Positions 9,001-18,600 of a stretch of DNA of 64,000 nucleotides are shown piece by piece. A program made the position numbers and the translations under genes. The notes beneath the pieces are model-generated. The model did not search any database. It was given only the letters and a program-made list of their open reading frames with translations, and was not told the origin of the DNA. Position 1 is the first letter of the stretch. Each line of letters starts with the position of its first letter. This DNA comes from a virus: positions 1-64,000 of IMG/VR virus record IMGVR_UViG_3300037486_000490. One strand, 5' to 3'.

Positions 9001-11796
9001 CACCCAAAACCTCAATTGTTCTCGTATGATATTTCCTTTATCCAGTTTCTGCACCTGGCTTACACTCATTGTGATAACAAGTTTGCTTGGCTTACCTGCC
9101 TCAACCTCATAAGAATTGAGAAAATCGTACCAACGGAGAGCATTAGTAGCATCCCGCTTTGCTTCCATGGATGCAGTAGGATCACCATCGATCCTAAGAG
9201 CAGCTTCATGACTCCCGGTAGAGGTCTCAAATGACTCAGGTCCAACAAGTACAGTATGGCTGGCTTCCCTACCGGACGATATCACTATCTCCTCAGCAGG
9301 AGCCTCTTTAACAACCGGCTGTATGCGTTTTGTCTTGGATACTATCGGAGAAGCATCCTCACCCAGTTGCAACTCTACAGAACCGTCCGGTCTAAGAGTG
9401 ACCAGGTGACCTGTCTCAACGTTCCGGAACACCAGTCCCCTGCGTGAACGTTTGGCTATCACATACTTATTAGACAGTGGCTTCATTCCCTTAGCAGCAT
9501 CCTCTTCATCTACAGGTACCTCAGTGACGATAGGCTGATCCTTGTCGTCAAGTAAGTCTATCTCAAACTCATCGCTGATGGTCTGCTCGTGTTCTTCACC
9601 GTTGATTATGGACCGTTCCTTATGGGTATTGTTTGTAAGGATACCTTCAATCTCCTCGGATGTTTCGGGAGCACTCTCATCCGGCTTGTTCATCTCTTCA
9701 TTTAGCTTGGCTGCCTCAGCTGCCATGTTATTGAATGCTTTCTGTTGCTCGCTCTTGTTGAAGATGAGTTTCTGGGCTTTGGCAGCGTCTGCCTTGCGCC
9801 CTTCCATTATCTCTATCTGCTTGCCAAGCTTCTCGATGATAGGCTTGCTGGCTTCCGAATCCATCAGGTTCAGTCTGTCGATCTCCCCGTTCTTTTTTGT
9901 TATCTGCTCGTCATAGTACAACTGCCTGGATGCCTCGATCATCGCATTGTAATGCAGGCGCTGAATGAACTCGTTGCGCTTTGCCTTCTCCTCTGGAGTC
10001 TTGGCTTCTATCTGAAAGAAATCCTGGTTGTAGTTGGATATCTGATCGTATGTCTTCTGAAGCTTGGCTGCACGTTGTTTCCATTCACGCTTGAACTCGG
10101 CGACATCTCCTTTACCGCCCACCTTGGCTAACTGGGCAGCTGTCTTCTCTTCAAGCTCCTCAAGCTTCTGAGCCATGACTTCCATCCCACCTTCCTGCTG
10201 GAAGTAGGGTAATGCAAATCTTGTAAGCACATCGTTGGTGAGGGCGTAATACTCTTCCTTCTGACCGGTCTGTGCGTAATGGTCCAGCAGATGTGAGGTG
10301 ACCTCTTCTCCGAAGTTGTTCTTCAGTGCTGCTCCCAGCTTTGAGTAATCCGCCTTGGGAAATCCATTCTCATCTATGGCAACCGTACCGTCTTCATTGG
10401 TCTCGTACGCACCCATGAATGATGCAAGTGTACTCTCGAAGTTCTTGTTCAGCAGATCTGTGAGGTTGGCAATGCCTTTCTTCTTGGCACTCTGTTCACG
10501 GATACCTCCTACAACACCGCCCAGACCGCCCAAGAGTGCACCAAGCATCACGCTTTTCTGACCGTCGGTGGTGGTGATCATGTCTGCATACTCATCAGCC
10601 AGACCTGCTATAAGTCCGTCTTCTCCTGACCGTTCGCCCTTAGCTATGTTTGTAAATAAACTTGATGTCGCAGTTTGCGACCCCTCTTCCCAGAACCCCT
10701 CGGATACAATTGATCCTACCAGGCGTTTCATTAACTCATTGCGCGTCTCGCCTTTTGTAACAGCTCCCGCACCCTCTTTCATTACAGCCCGGGTGATTAT
10801 ATTATCCGCGGTACGTTTGCCCATAGAGAATGCTCCAAGGATATTCTTGTTCATTATGTAGTTAGGACCAAGGAGTATAGCCGCGTTAGTAAGAAACGTA
10901 TTCCGACCGGCTAATCCTATTGCTTCGTCAGCATCCTGACTGTTATAAGGCACCCCTGTTGAAGGATTTATCAATCCTTCTGCAATTGCCATCTTATAGA
11001 ATTTCTTAAGATCCTGCACAACACCACCAGCTTCAGCAGCTGCTTCAAGTACAGTATTGGTAAGCGTAGCAGCTCCCAGGTCCAGACCTGCACCAAATGC
11101 TTTAGTAGCTTTTATGCCCCTGGCAAGTTTTGCACCTATACCCAATGCTTTAACACCAGCTCCTGGTACGAGATAAGAAGCAAGAAACCCAAGTCCGTCA
11201 GCAGCATCAGTTGCCCAGAACTCCGGAGATATTAACTGACGCCATATATTTCCGTCAGCTACAGCTTTACGGGTATACACAGGAAGAATGCTTTTAAACT
11301 TTTCATCTATGGAATCCATTGCCTGAGTCCAAACATTGTCAACCATCATATCAATGTGCTCTTTCTTGAAACCCTCTTCAACTCCCCATGCAACAGCTCC
11401 TCCTACGTAACCCGGCATCTTACCTATCTCGGTAAGCGTCTGACCGATAAAGTTTGGAACAAAAGCAGCGAGCTTGGCACCTTTGCTTTGTGCCTGAGCT
11501 CTGCTCTCATTCATTGTATCAGGGTCATTGATAAAGAACTCATCGTTCTTATTGGATAAGTACTTTTTATAAGATTTAGAGTCTGGAAGCTGTGTATCGG
11601 TTGAAGAATAAAACGACTCCCCTTCAGGTTTTGTAAACCGAATGGGAGAGTAATCTCCCAACTTTTCAGTTACATCCTTTGCTACTTCAGAAAAATTAAA
11701 TTTCAATGGGGAGTAGCCTGGGGTGCCTGAGGGAGTATTGGAGTTCTTCGGATCTTCCGGGAGTTTAAATTCCGCAGAATTGTTTATTTCGCTCAT
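1..11796 (-). CDS. Giant virion RNA polymerase polyprotein (crAss-type), >3932 aa, 3' end outside the window; contains zincin metallopeptidase, two-barrel RNAP and NADAR domains
   Basis: ATG at 11794-11796 (MSEINNSAEFKLPEDP...). The same frame gives GTQFHEAYH (7036-7050 for HEAYH), EAEEFLAEEF (~6920-6945), VVKSGTDFDVDKL (DFDVD 2917-2931) and SVEHAYQTWK (~405-432). I spot-checked the frame only; its absence from the ORF track is consistent with no stop inside the window. Confidence 0.92.
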   Translation of the reverse strand, partial: MSEINNSAEFKLPEDPKNSNTPSGTPGYSPLKFNFSEVAKDVTEKLGDYSPIRFTKPEGESFYSSTDTQLPDSKSYKKYLSNKNDEFFINDPDTMNESRAQAQSKGAKLAAFVPNFIGQTLTEIGKMPGYVGGAVAWGVEEGFKKEHIDMMVDNVWTQAMDSIDEKFKSILPVYTRKAVADGNIWRQLISPEFWATDAADGLGFLASYLVPGAGVKALGIGAKLARGIKATKAFGAGLDLGAATLTNTVLEAAAEAGGVVQDLKKFYKMAIAEGLINPSTGVPYNSQDADEAIGLAGRNTFLTNAAILLGPNYIMNKNILGAFSMGKRTADNIITRAVMKEGAGAVTKGETRNELMKRLVGSIVSEGFWEEGSQTATSSLFTNIAKGERSGEDGLIAGLADEYADMITTTDGQKSVMLGALLGGLGGVVGGIREQSAKKKGIANLTDLLNKNFESTLASFMGAYETNEDGTVAIDENGFPKADYSKLGAALKNNFGEEVTSHLLDHYAQTGQKEEYYALTNDVLTRFALPYFQQEGGMEVMAQKLEELEEKTAAQLAKVGGKGDVAEFKREWKQRAAKLQKTYDQISNYNQDFFQIEAKTPEEKAKRNEFIQRLHYNAMIEASRQLYYDEQITKKNGEIDRLNLMDSEASKPIIEKLGKQIEIMEGRKADAAKAQKLIFNKSEQQKAFNNMAAEAAKLNEEMNKPDESAPETSEEIEGILTNNTHKERSIINGEEHEQTISDEFEIDLLDDKDQPIVTEVPVDEEDAAKGMKPLSNKYVIAKRSRRGLVFRNVETGHLVTLRPDGSVELQLGEDASPIVSKTKRIQPVVKEAPAEEIVISSGREASHTVLVGPESFETSTGSHEAALRIDGDPTASMEAKRDATNALRWYDFLNSYEVEAGKPSKLVITMSVSQVQKLDKGNIIREQLRFWVPTLKHSLTVDELAAQSDENQKAATEDIKLVVHNWVDDNGKELITPYTADTRIVWSSLPKANWKTDLLFDRFSVDNLKDKLYQDEVSNIHSGQEPVKGSDADLAIRKKVDGQVKEVIDEAVKVHAQRREVYHTTSQQYYIAVKQPGVRAPLPEGQTISSVVGSILTEEEIPDAEFHFTNKGKSTERFPVEVHGKTQFMQPFRVYLWNKRASSLEELHYRNLNAAEINTYIELCKALVNDVNITLNGKTHKINRVDRGDILKYLELTVSWNNKEDSPFQFHIGTKKADGTFNHIKFGDQKLTAEGLKGGPQLEALREFLTHKWHGVSYDWLNINDNFTEFKDVEGGVEAITWSREQGGYKAFILSTKDNRTAKIDSKVRPMVAADPVTNAQTPQYINPKVGFKPYGERVTKEAEPVVIELEPEVEKKKYEFFEKDHVYVVTLVRPDGQKGSWDGVTIFWDGKKFKYEGTPKEIAAARKGLNEYFTKQDDKTVEGMKKFYSDAGAKLDIVEKRIDIAQPPVTASLSNAELEQAIEEVKAETMTELGDKFNSIEFNSAVKEAKNFIEFRSNVTVDLFKAILNAKLNPNAVVHSRRRMNLPSEPLVDTTEGMKYLKDLFPEEDVQSLPLDGMTGGQVVDAMKIMMAPMAAVGTQFHEAYHMVSLAFMTKVQRDKLYNEARKRTGREMTDVEAEEFLAEEFRIFKLSNGNYKFPAGQPAKKTWFRQLLSLLTRLMHKLGLSTSIEDTFSTLDAKPYLSKDRRDAVKGTFKKKIGTLSEMATNALLENLNYEFFDVILSNENFDYDRLASDNTMLLGIYKNINLSMAEWVQNPSTDVNTAEYNMVWKTLGNWKELYQRHLQFLRQNGINVAEVNAKVSDVLEKGDENEETPESKAESRTPWDHFESHLIDVKVTMPTKVKLLLMGIPVGEKVGDKYQSTWQQGEGFEYRAMQQYNKTVDFLHNNLSGLSTFHSMVEKLKTLEASKPEMRYVIEKLRGWLDNYTPTYEEWALQTAFYVQFCKTKNVPIITYLKNSGDILFIDAVVSALEDRISTDWRNNARTEAGTAKSAYKTNSRGEILIDITKPVKIGDNKYSVEQLRTTKSLWSNLSIKENLDFLRAFGIVVSEKPEDVTNNKELAELRDQIINNATAETTLDGFYAKDGMEMNAEIKAVLKTAVNLSTDTQALQFLNADNKVQHSIALNSYITQLGNLFAESGVPAYLRPADKGGQNLSTVGSMIIDRVDKGLIPKIELLVSTKTESDENESTSSLSITDLESTSFGVVLDGRFPMMRAGDRTLENLIDLRLTQDEQKALYRMTRKEMYAYLYRCLVSEVATVFAHKDGMGKTLKNFSKNGGSLRIFNIDDIITDKDLQDYFDKQKATNGVSVSGSQSENLVAMADGFIRFNRDKVAKLFDTMITSNTEISKQRLMKSGVVQKKDDKYVPVGFSLETVEKILGQRITKMDEVQLTKIVELGTFRYMQGAIESMKLFVGDLAGYGSASEVFKRLKAASSTKKAQRNDTETRTVLTEHRPRWSGPYLENTRIHVAADDSIPLSKRSTTEYDEVLGKNNAYSRGFKIADGQTKGTLDHARQMALQEDTWNDAKERTYQWEMQTFAKRIFKLGWISENQLKGLFSTIFSRHTNGVVPEKPMFRGEVIREEDKGVIQQTKPQAYGPIANPEAAFMTSIFNLKTSVAYIFPSTLSDDSPMLKYFVSMLNNNVDLLAFDSASKMESFIPEALYDQDGNMNVITPESKILEVSYDHIGIQQDTADKVHNKATMSTQKRKLESANLFAHGKAVLDANQAPIVGTLKDEQIEFTDELSKRELNKLVKDLGLVNQEGNYVLDTDDKEAVGRLRKLLIREFECRLMPGNVIDGLKLALEDDVVLFDTLFIKKKIQQVLNSLIRNRAISLETNGDMMIQESLEGYDEPLKFYTYHKGMTQVSKMEVMVTLPMAWLPLVEKAGGLDRFNALVAKRDYKLLGLDERLFVFSANRIPAGALNALDACRIKKFFPPSMGSRIALSPAIVVKSGTDFDVDKLTCYLPNFEMVNGVPKYIELDKNKTTSEQSTAALENRLNEISMEILLKPENFRLLITPNSSATLEKFADEMTEYKTKSKYGYSDIPQWATNMEVSKALWASNEMISIAAINNVSHIVSQEAPVTIIDPAMELWFKGQETTDEKKFSMGHILDKSDREISENFAEFLSAYVDVASKKAFIFYLNTGKMGFPVYSFLNRFGVDKPESIETIAAFMIQPIVLRFVEEFEKSQSLLMKASKFREDISVNPDAGVEDIYNTLMKEFKSEGTFAGAYGGTLAKLYRDYYNEPVKSSKRAKLLDAIKAKKLELKYPKLLLKDLKDKEKSGKMNAQILDMFLVYREYSKKLDDFHRVTRPDGNYPKSVNGSIYLLHKLEMVKKAGFFSSDDVEKFLTTTELKPFYEALKENRNLFGGFFLSGKGTLSPLIDKIINIYDGMYGFDVEQILEKFEAEMMNYIVHTRGELKDKPFFPKPLNEEYERLIKGKSSVANQMVAMRKKLPNNFILQELYPIFNPAITRRKENSETENVKMFMRSYPALEVNRLVSSFEELFDSEDQEVRTFAKDLASLAIVQNGFTMTPVSFTSTIPNTIIQPIFKAIIDNYQSELRSMTVAEQSAERRHIFNSFLMTNYRDKKIVPRMSYYQMSSRAEEGRNLHTSFGLVATDSDLSSFDILTYEVDNVDAITKKKLQKEGKPVPKKLLVYQRELGAEPKRIGDKYYHRYNVAPMGKGEGMFFKEHYADKMHASILQSNAPTTSAPKAVKKDVQLSLKDEFKYAPRERGKTVAPVKAAAPKVPVVQVDKKSLNVWFGSGENAILSNLAQRPFTSTDGRKYYSVEHAYQTWKSGQFDAATYSQYTNKTTVKISGNKGTKTENNWNIKLMERIMRMSFEQNPEAVAKLVATGSTPITHVQDKGIWKKEFPRILMDLRDEFDARAPQPVSDGERMLSEMEDGYTGGDPSDIWAEEAPITSKASVTQPK

Positions 11797-11805
11797 AAAC
11801 TTATT

Positions 11806-13845
11806 TTAAAATCTTGTCCAAACTTCTGGGGTATTCATAAACAATTTCATCTGAAGGTCATTAGCGTTAGCAGCTCTTACAGGTTCTCCGGATTTATCGG
11901 TATACTGAGCAACAAAACTATTGTCTTCAGGATCAACGAGGTAAAGATTATAGACATCAGAATCCTCTTCTCGCTCATAACCGATTTCGTAAGTTTTACC
12001 ATCACGCTCAACTTCAAATCCCTGTAACTTACCATAAGCCTGTCTTCCAAATCCTGACCGTTCAACCATTGGTGCAAAAGTTACAGCAGCTGCAAGTTGG
12101 ACGCCTTGTGCCTGATTACTCTCATTGGTCTTGTCCCGTAGAAATTCTCTTGCTGCTTTTATCATATCGGCAATATAAGCAGCCTGGTCTTTGGGTGCAA
12201 TAAACACCGATTGTTTCTTGGGTGCTTTGCTCTTTTCACCACCCGGTATAGTAACTTCCAGAACTTTTTGGAAGTTGCCGTCTTTATACATAGAACTCAG
12301 ATATACTTTGTCCTTAGTAGCATCCCGTTTAAGCTCATTGAGATATTCGTTAGCCTGTAGTTCATTACCCTTGTACTGTACAGTATAATTCTCAACATTC
12401 TCCGAGAAGTTCTCAGTAGTAAATTTATTGTACTCGCCGGTAAAAGATCTCATAGCTTCAGACCCCTCGGTACCATAGAAAATGGTAGCTTCCCGTTCCG
12501 TAGAGAGTTTTTTGGTTCCCTTCTCTATTTCCTTTTTTAGCTTTTTTGTAGCTCTTCGTATTGCCGGATTATTTTCATTAACTGCATCACCAAGGACATC
12601 AGTCACTTTCATTTTGTAATCCGGATCATCATATATATTACTCACCAATATCTCCTTGAACTGTTCCCGGGTCAACGGAGCATCGCCCTTGTTGTATGTT
12701 TTATTATCTTCATACATTCGGTAATAACGATCTACAGTATCCTCAAACTCAGGTAATACCTCCTGTATCTTATAAGAAACCTCCTGTTGCACACCCCTTA
12801 ACTCCAGTTCCATATCCGCTTTTTTCTTTGGATCTGGCTCCCTGGCTATTGAGGTACGAAGTTCATCAACCTTTTTCCCATGTTCCTTAAGATTAGCAGT
12901 TCCTACGTCCAATGCAGGAGTTGTACCAGTAGATATAATAGCACCTTCTCCCATAGTTGAACCGCTCTTACTATCATCTTTCTTAGGTTTTATATAGTTC
13001 TTGAACCATGTCTTTTCAACGGCAAAATCAATTGCAGGTTTGATAATGTTAGCTTCAAAATCCACATCATCCTTAAGCAATTGCTGATTCATCTGCTCCT
13101 GTGTCATCTGTCCGCTCTTAACCTGAGCAGCATACTTCCTGCCATTGATGTCAAGCATATCCTGTTTGTAGGCAATAAGACGCGGATCGCCTTTCAAAGC
13201 TGCCGGAAGAGTATTCATGACCTCTTCTTTTGTAATGCCCGTATTGGCAGCATTCCATCCCTTTACAAGGTCGAGAGCAATAGCGTTCGCATCTGCGGTA
13301 CCTGAGTACAACCTTGATGCATATGTCTTCTTAATAGGAATACCCTTTTCATCGTACTGGACTCCCTGGTAACCCATGTTGATATCATCGATAGCCCTCT
13401 GCTGATCCTGTACGGACATGTCCGTCCTTGCACGTATGCCTGCAATATCCTTCTCGATAGCAGCACGCTCCTCAAGAGCAGGCTGAACCCTGATGGTATA
13501 ATCATTGGCAAGCTTACGTATCTCCTTGGACATGTTATGGAAATCGCCTGCCTTAGTCATTGCATCCAGTTTTGCCTGGACTGCTTTGTTATATTCGCTT
13601 ATGAGCCCTGCATCCTTCTCATGAACAGCCATAGCCACATTGCCAAGGGAGTTTCCGAGTTCATCAGCAGCTGCCTGGTTGATATCCCACCGTCCCTGCA
13701 TAGCATTGCCGGCTTCACGCATCTCACCGAGAGGAAGCTCATTGCGGAACGATACATAAGGTGTATCCTGGATATTGGCAAAAGGATTTGTGGACGAACC
13801 TGTCCAAGGTGCCCTGCGCCGGTCGTTATATCTGTTATTAGCCAT
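11806..13845 (-). CDS. Virion cargo/ejection protein (679 aa)
   Basis: Helical, K/E/Q-rich protein directly upstream of the virion RNAP, where crAss-like phages keep their cargo genes. Confidence 0.6.
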   Translation of the reverse strand: MANNRYNDRRRAPWTGSSTNPFANIQDTPYVSFRNELPLGEMREAGNAMQGRWDINQAAADELGNSLGNVAMAVHEKDAGLISEYNKAVQAKLDAMTKAGDFHNMSKEIRKLANDYTIRVQPALEERAAIEKDIAGIRARTDMSVQDQQRAIDDINMGYQGVQYDEKGIPIKKTYASRLYSGTADANAIALDLVKGWNAANTGITKEEVMNTLPAALKGDPRLIAYKQDMLDINGRKYAAQVKSGQMTQEQMNQQLLKDDVDFEANIIKPAIDFAVEKTWFKNYIKPKKDDSKSGSTMGEGAIISTGTTPALDVGTANLKEHGKKVDELRTSIAREPDPKKKADMELELRGVQQEVSYKIQEVLPEFEDTVDRYYRMYEDNKTYNKGDAPLTREQFKEILVSNIYDDPDYKMKVTDVLGDAVNENNPAIRRATKKLKKEIEKGTKKLSTEREATIFYGTEGSEAMRSFTGEYNKFTTENFSENVENYTVQYKGNELQANEYLNELKRDATKDKVYLSSMYKDGNFQKVLEVTIPGGEKSKAPKKQSVFIAPKDQAAYIADMIKAAREFLRDKTNESNQAQGVQLAAAVTFAPMVERSGFGRQAYGKLQGFEVERDGKTYEIGYEREEDSDVYNLYLVDPEDNSFVAQYTDKSGEPVRAANANDLQMKLFMNTPEVWTRF

Positions 13846-14897
13846 TACTTAACTGCTTTATTCTTCTTAATAAGTTCCATGAGTTTCGATACATTTCCAC
13901 TATCGAATGCTGCCATGACATCGCTGCTTACCGTAGGATCATACTGCTTCATAAGCAGGTCCCATTTAGTCATCTCAGAGTTACTGTCCCTGGTATCACG
14001 TATGACATTTGATGTATTTCCCAGAAGAGTGCTTGCTGCACCCTGGCGAGCGGCTATCCTATTATTGTTGAAGTCATTCAACCCATAGTTGTAAGCATTC
14101 TGCTGATAGACATTGTCAGCCATTATCTGGCTGTTCATTGCAGTTTCCGTATTCTCCATCTGAGTAGCGAAGTTCTGCTCCTTATCATAGATACCACTGA
14201 GTTGATTCAGGTAATTCACCCCGGCTTTCTGCTTAAGTGCAGTCCCTGCCTGCTGTCCTGGTATCTGGTCAGCCATACGTTCCTGGCTGATGCGGTTACG
14301 TGATACTGCATTACGCTCTGCGCCTGTGTTCAGATTCTTATTTAACCACATCATAGGAGAGCTGATAGGTTTGGGCGGAGCTTGCATCTTGCGTATGGCA
14401 GCCATCTTGGAGAAGTAGTCTAATCCATTGACAACTGTATTACCCAGCGCTGCATTCTTATTTCCTTCCTTCCAGCTGTCCAACCCGGGAGCAGTAGGAG
14501 CACCGGGAGCATTGGACGAAAATTGTCCGCCTACAATTGATTTGCTTCCCAGTGAAAGGGGAGATACTGCAGTAAGACTATCCTTCATAAGATCGCCGGT
14601 AAATGAAAAATTGTTGGCATACCGTTTGCGTGAATCAGCAAGCAGGTTACCTGAGTAATTCAATGAGAGATTCTTAAGTATGTCAAGTCCAGCACCAGCC
14701 TTGGGTAAACTATCGTTTACTTTCTCGGCAGGCTTCTGAGATTCCTGTTCAGCGAACAAGAGATTCTCGGCGTTCACCGCACGAGAGTACATCATCATTG
14801 CAGCAGTGCGCTCAGCCATATTCGGAGATTTCAAAAGCTTTTCATACTTAGCTTTCTTCCGGGCTATCTGTAATTGTGTTTCAGCAAAGGTTGCCAT
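13845..14897 (-). CDS. Virion cargo/ejection protein (350 aa)
   Basis: N/Q/A/M-rich helical protein; coupled stop/start with neighbours; cargo-module synteny. Confidence 0.55.
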   Translation of the reverse strand: MATFAETQLQIARKKAKYEKLLKSPNMAERTAAMMMYSRAVNAENLLFAEQESQKPAEKVNDSLPKAGAGLDILKNLSLNYSGNLLADSRKRYANNFSFTGDLMKDSLTAVSPLSLGSKSIVGGQFSSNAPGAPTAPGLDSWKEGNKNAALGNTVVNGLDYFSKMAAIRKMQAPPKPISSPMMWLNKNLNTGAERNAVSRNRISQERMADQIPGQQAGTALKQKAGVNYLNQLSGIYDKEQNFATQMENTETAMNSQIMADNVYQQNAYNYGLNDFNNNRIAARQGAASTLLGNTSNVIRDTRDSNSEMTKWDLLMKQYDPTVSSDVMAAFDSGNVSKLMELIKKNKAVK

Positions 14898-14899
14898 GA

Positions 14900-15595
14900 T
14901 TATAATTTTTTAAGCATTTTAGAAAAGTCCTTGGAGACTTTCAGTTTAGGATTGTCAGAGAAGATCCTGCTGCCACCGGTCATACCCACACCCTCTGAAG
15001 GATCGGTATGCTTGGCACCTTGTATAAGGCTGGTAGAGGAGTTAATGCGGTTCAATTTACCGTACTTGTCTGTGGCTGGCTGTTCACCTGGATTGTACTG
15101 GATGGTTTCTCCACCCTCGGCAAGATACTCTGCCTGGCTGGGAACTATCTTTTTATCCGTAGGGGGCACTTCTCCACCCTTGTTCATACGTGGACGATCG
15201 ATGCCTGACGTAGGATAATTCCTCAGGATACCTCTTGTAACATCATTATTTACAGCTGCTACACTCTGAAGACGTTTCTTCTCTGCCTCGGCAGCCATCT
15301 CCTCAGCCTTACGCTCCTGAGCCTTCTGAGTGAACAAACTGATGATGCCACCACCTACGGCGCCTATTGCAGTACCGATAGGTCCGAACATCGAACCCAT
15401 GCCCGCACCCTTGATTGCTCCACCAAGTACATTCATACCGGGCTTATCCTCAGGGTTAAGTGAGTTGACACCTGCACCTGCTATGTTCAAGCCGGCGCCT
15501 ATATTTTCGGAGTTTGCTGCAAACCAATCCCCATAACCCTTTTTAGGAAGGTTCAGAGGATGGTTGGAGTAATTGAATTTTCTTACGGGGTTCAT
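14900..15595 (-). CDS. Cargo/pilot-like protein (231 aa)
   Basis: Gly-rich hydrophobic hairpin GGAIKGAGMGSMFGPIGTAIGAVGGGII, then the AEGGE...GAKH...GV motif seen in crAss cargo proteins. Confidence 0.6.
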   Translation of the reverse strand: MNPVRKFNYSNHPLNLPKKGYGDWFAANSENIGAGLNIAGAGVNSLNPEDKPGMNVLGGAIKGAGMGSMFGPIGTAIGAVGGGIISLFTQKAQERKAEEMAAEAEKKRLQSVAAVNNDVTRGILRNYPTSGIDRPRMNKGGEVPPTDKKIVPSQAEYLAEGGETIQYNPGEQPATDKYGKLNRINSSTSLIQGAKHTDPSEGVGMTGGSRIFSDNPKLKVSKDFSKMLKKL

Positions 15596-15648
15596 TATAT
15601 ATACGAATTTGATACATGATCCGAAGGGCGTTGTATAAACTCTGTATA

Positions 15649-18600
15649 TTATCTGACTACCGGACGCCCTGATGTTTCCAAATCATATAAATATACTATG
15701 CCGGCATTGGTATTCGTGTGTTCAAGGCGTATGATGCAGTACGTATCTATAAACCTTTTGCGCTTGTTCCAGAGCTTGACAGAATCGACGTTTACGGGGT
15801 CTCCATTGCTATCCACAAGAAGCTCATAGTTCTCCTGGACGGGACTGTTGACAGGTGGAATAGTGCCCGTTACGGTTGTCATGTCCCTGAAATCATTGAA
15901 GTGCCAGCGACCACCAGTGAACCGTGCGTTCCTGCTGGCTCCTGCTGAGTCTATGGTTCTCCATCCACTCACCTGATGAGTGTTGTACACGCATAATCTG
16001 TCCCAGGTCTTATAAAAGTCCGGATTACCCACAGCATCCAAGAACCCACTGGTCCAACTGATAGAGGATGTAACCGATTGAGATTGGTTTTTATCAGGCA
16101 AGGTAACATCAATCCATGAGGATTCTAATGTTTGCCCCATGTAGTAACCGTTATAATGATCCTCATTGAATCTGTATACCCGGTTGATACCTAACCTTGA
16201 TCCATAGAAGTTCTTCTTTGTGTTAAAGAGAAACACCGGAAGGTAGGAATGGAAGCTTGCCCATCGCTTACTGGCTATATCGTAACTGATAGTAAATGAG
16301 TTATCGGTAAGATAGGTCGACAGTACAGCCAGTGTCTGTGGAGTGGATGTTGCTTTGTCACAGACATATCCCCCTGACAGTTTATACAATGTGTTGAAGT
16401 TGCTCTCCTGAGCTACTATTGTTGTGAAGTCACGCTTGGTTATGATCAGTCTCAGGTATCGGTCATCGAATGCTACCGCATATCCAACACCGTAAGGGGA
16501 GAACGGAGTATCCGTAAACAACGATACTCCATCATTCGTTACTAAAACTCTGTTCAGATCCTTCACAAGTTGGAACTGTAGGTTCTCTTCAAAGAAATTA
16601 CGCAGACCCGTGTTGGATATCTCCTCCAGGCTCTCACGCATCATAAACATCTTGGCAGCCTTCTCATCGATAAAAAAGTATCCTGCTTTGGAAACAATTG
16701 CAGCGTAGGGATTCCTGCATCCTGCATATCCGTTGGGGACGGTGAATATCTCCGTAGGCTCTATGTCAAATATGTCTCCCGATCCTATTACCACCGCTTC
16801 CGCATCTGTCTGCAACTGTACTTTGCCAACAGTTTTATAAAGTGAATCCTCTGTATGTATCAATAGCATCCCATTGAATCCTTCAAGGTTTGTGATAGGA
16901 CCACGATTCTTAGGCATCTCATAGTAGTCCAAAGGAAGGAACTTACGCAGCGTACCGCCGTTATCCTCAGCCTGTATAGGCTTGGAAGAGATGATGCGGT
17001 TAGGGAAATCATTAACGTTAATATCGTTACGTGCGTACGGGTAGACCATATTCAGTTCACCTGACTTGGAATAATCATCGTATACTTTCAAGTAGTTATC
17101 CACCGTATATTCGGGATCCATCACACCAGACGGAGCCGTATCGTAATCAATATACATAACAGGTGAAGTGCCGTAGGTTGATTCTGGCATAAACCTTTCC
17201 CCGTAGTCAGTGCCCTTTACTCTTAAATCAAGGTTGGAGTAGGAATAATATACAAACCCAAAGTACTGTTTCCAGACACCTCCCAGATAATTGTGGTTCT
17301 TAAAGTGATATACCTTGTTCATATAGGTATCCCCGCCGAACACCGCAGGAGAGTAACCTCCTACGCCCATAAATAGACAGTCCACACCATCTCCATCCAC
17401 TCCGGGAAAGTAAGATGCACTGTCCCTGGTGAAGAACTGCTTACCTGTTCCTACAAGCTGCTGAGAAGATAATCCCGCATAGCAGTTAACCCTATAAGAA
17501 CATATTGTAGCCGGCATCGTAAGGTAATTAGCTGCACCTATGGCAGCTGTATATGTCCAAAATCCAACCACCTTGGATTTTATTTCAATCGCAGATTCAC
17601 GATATTCATCAGGAGTAAAAGGGTCATACTCGGCAGTATTGATTGCTATGATAGGACGGTACGGTTCACTTAAGCCAGTACTTACCATTGAAGCCACTGA
17701 GAGTTCAGGCAAACTGACTACAGAATGTAGTGCAATAGTTGAATCTACCTCTATTTCTCCTTCCAGCCTGAGATAATTTGCACTTATAGCCGGCGTCTCG
17801 CCGTTCTTCTGCAAATCCGGAGCAAATATCCGCCATGTGCGTGTACTGGTGCCCAGTATAGGATTAATCATAAAACTTCCGGCATCAGTCTGGCTCGTTC
17901 GCAACAGATATGTCATGCCGTTTACAATGCTGTTGGAATAGCTCCTCTTGGCATAAAATATCTCGAATCCCTGCACAAGATCGGCTATGCTCGCCGGTAT
18001 AGGGACATTCATAAGCTTGATGCCAAGTATGATGGATTCTGAGTCTGTAGGGTTAGTTATAGGATCAACCCCATGCTCCCATAAACTGGCAAGAGTAGGG
18101 AATTTATGATGACGGATAGGAAGCCCGGCAAGATCCGGGAACCCTGTAGGATATAATTCTTCATTCTCCCAGTAGCTCATATCGCCAGCTACGGTGGAAG
18201 TATCCCGCATTTGAAAATACTTAGCCGCACCATTTACGTACAGATCCATTTCAACATCCGAAAAACTAAATCCGTTTGCTACTCCAAGTGAAATAATAGA
18301 TATGTCTTCACTGAATGCATCATTGGCTGCCCTGGGATTGATCGTGCGCTTCACCCGCCCTGGAATATGAAATGCATCGGTATATGATCCATCGTTAAGT
18401 ATCCAGGAGATGTAAAAAGCATATACCTCGCCGGGCATAAACGCCTTGTCCTTGACGCAGATGTCCCCATTTTTATAAGTAACAGAAGGAGATCCCTGAT
18501 TATTCATATAGTCATAAGTCCAGGTTACCTGGATGTCATTCGCATACTGCTGGTAGTCTGGAAAAGGAGTTGTTGTGAGACCTCCCATATACAACTTGCG

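Noticed and set aside
538-11559. Numerous plus-strand and short minus-strand ORFs in the track
   Set aside because: Shadow frames of the giant minus-strand RNAP gene; no motifs or initiation context
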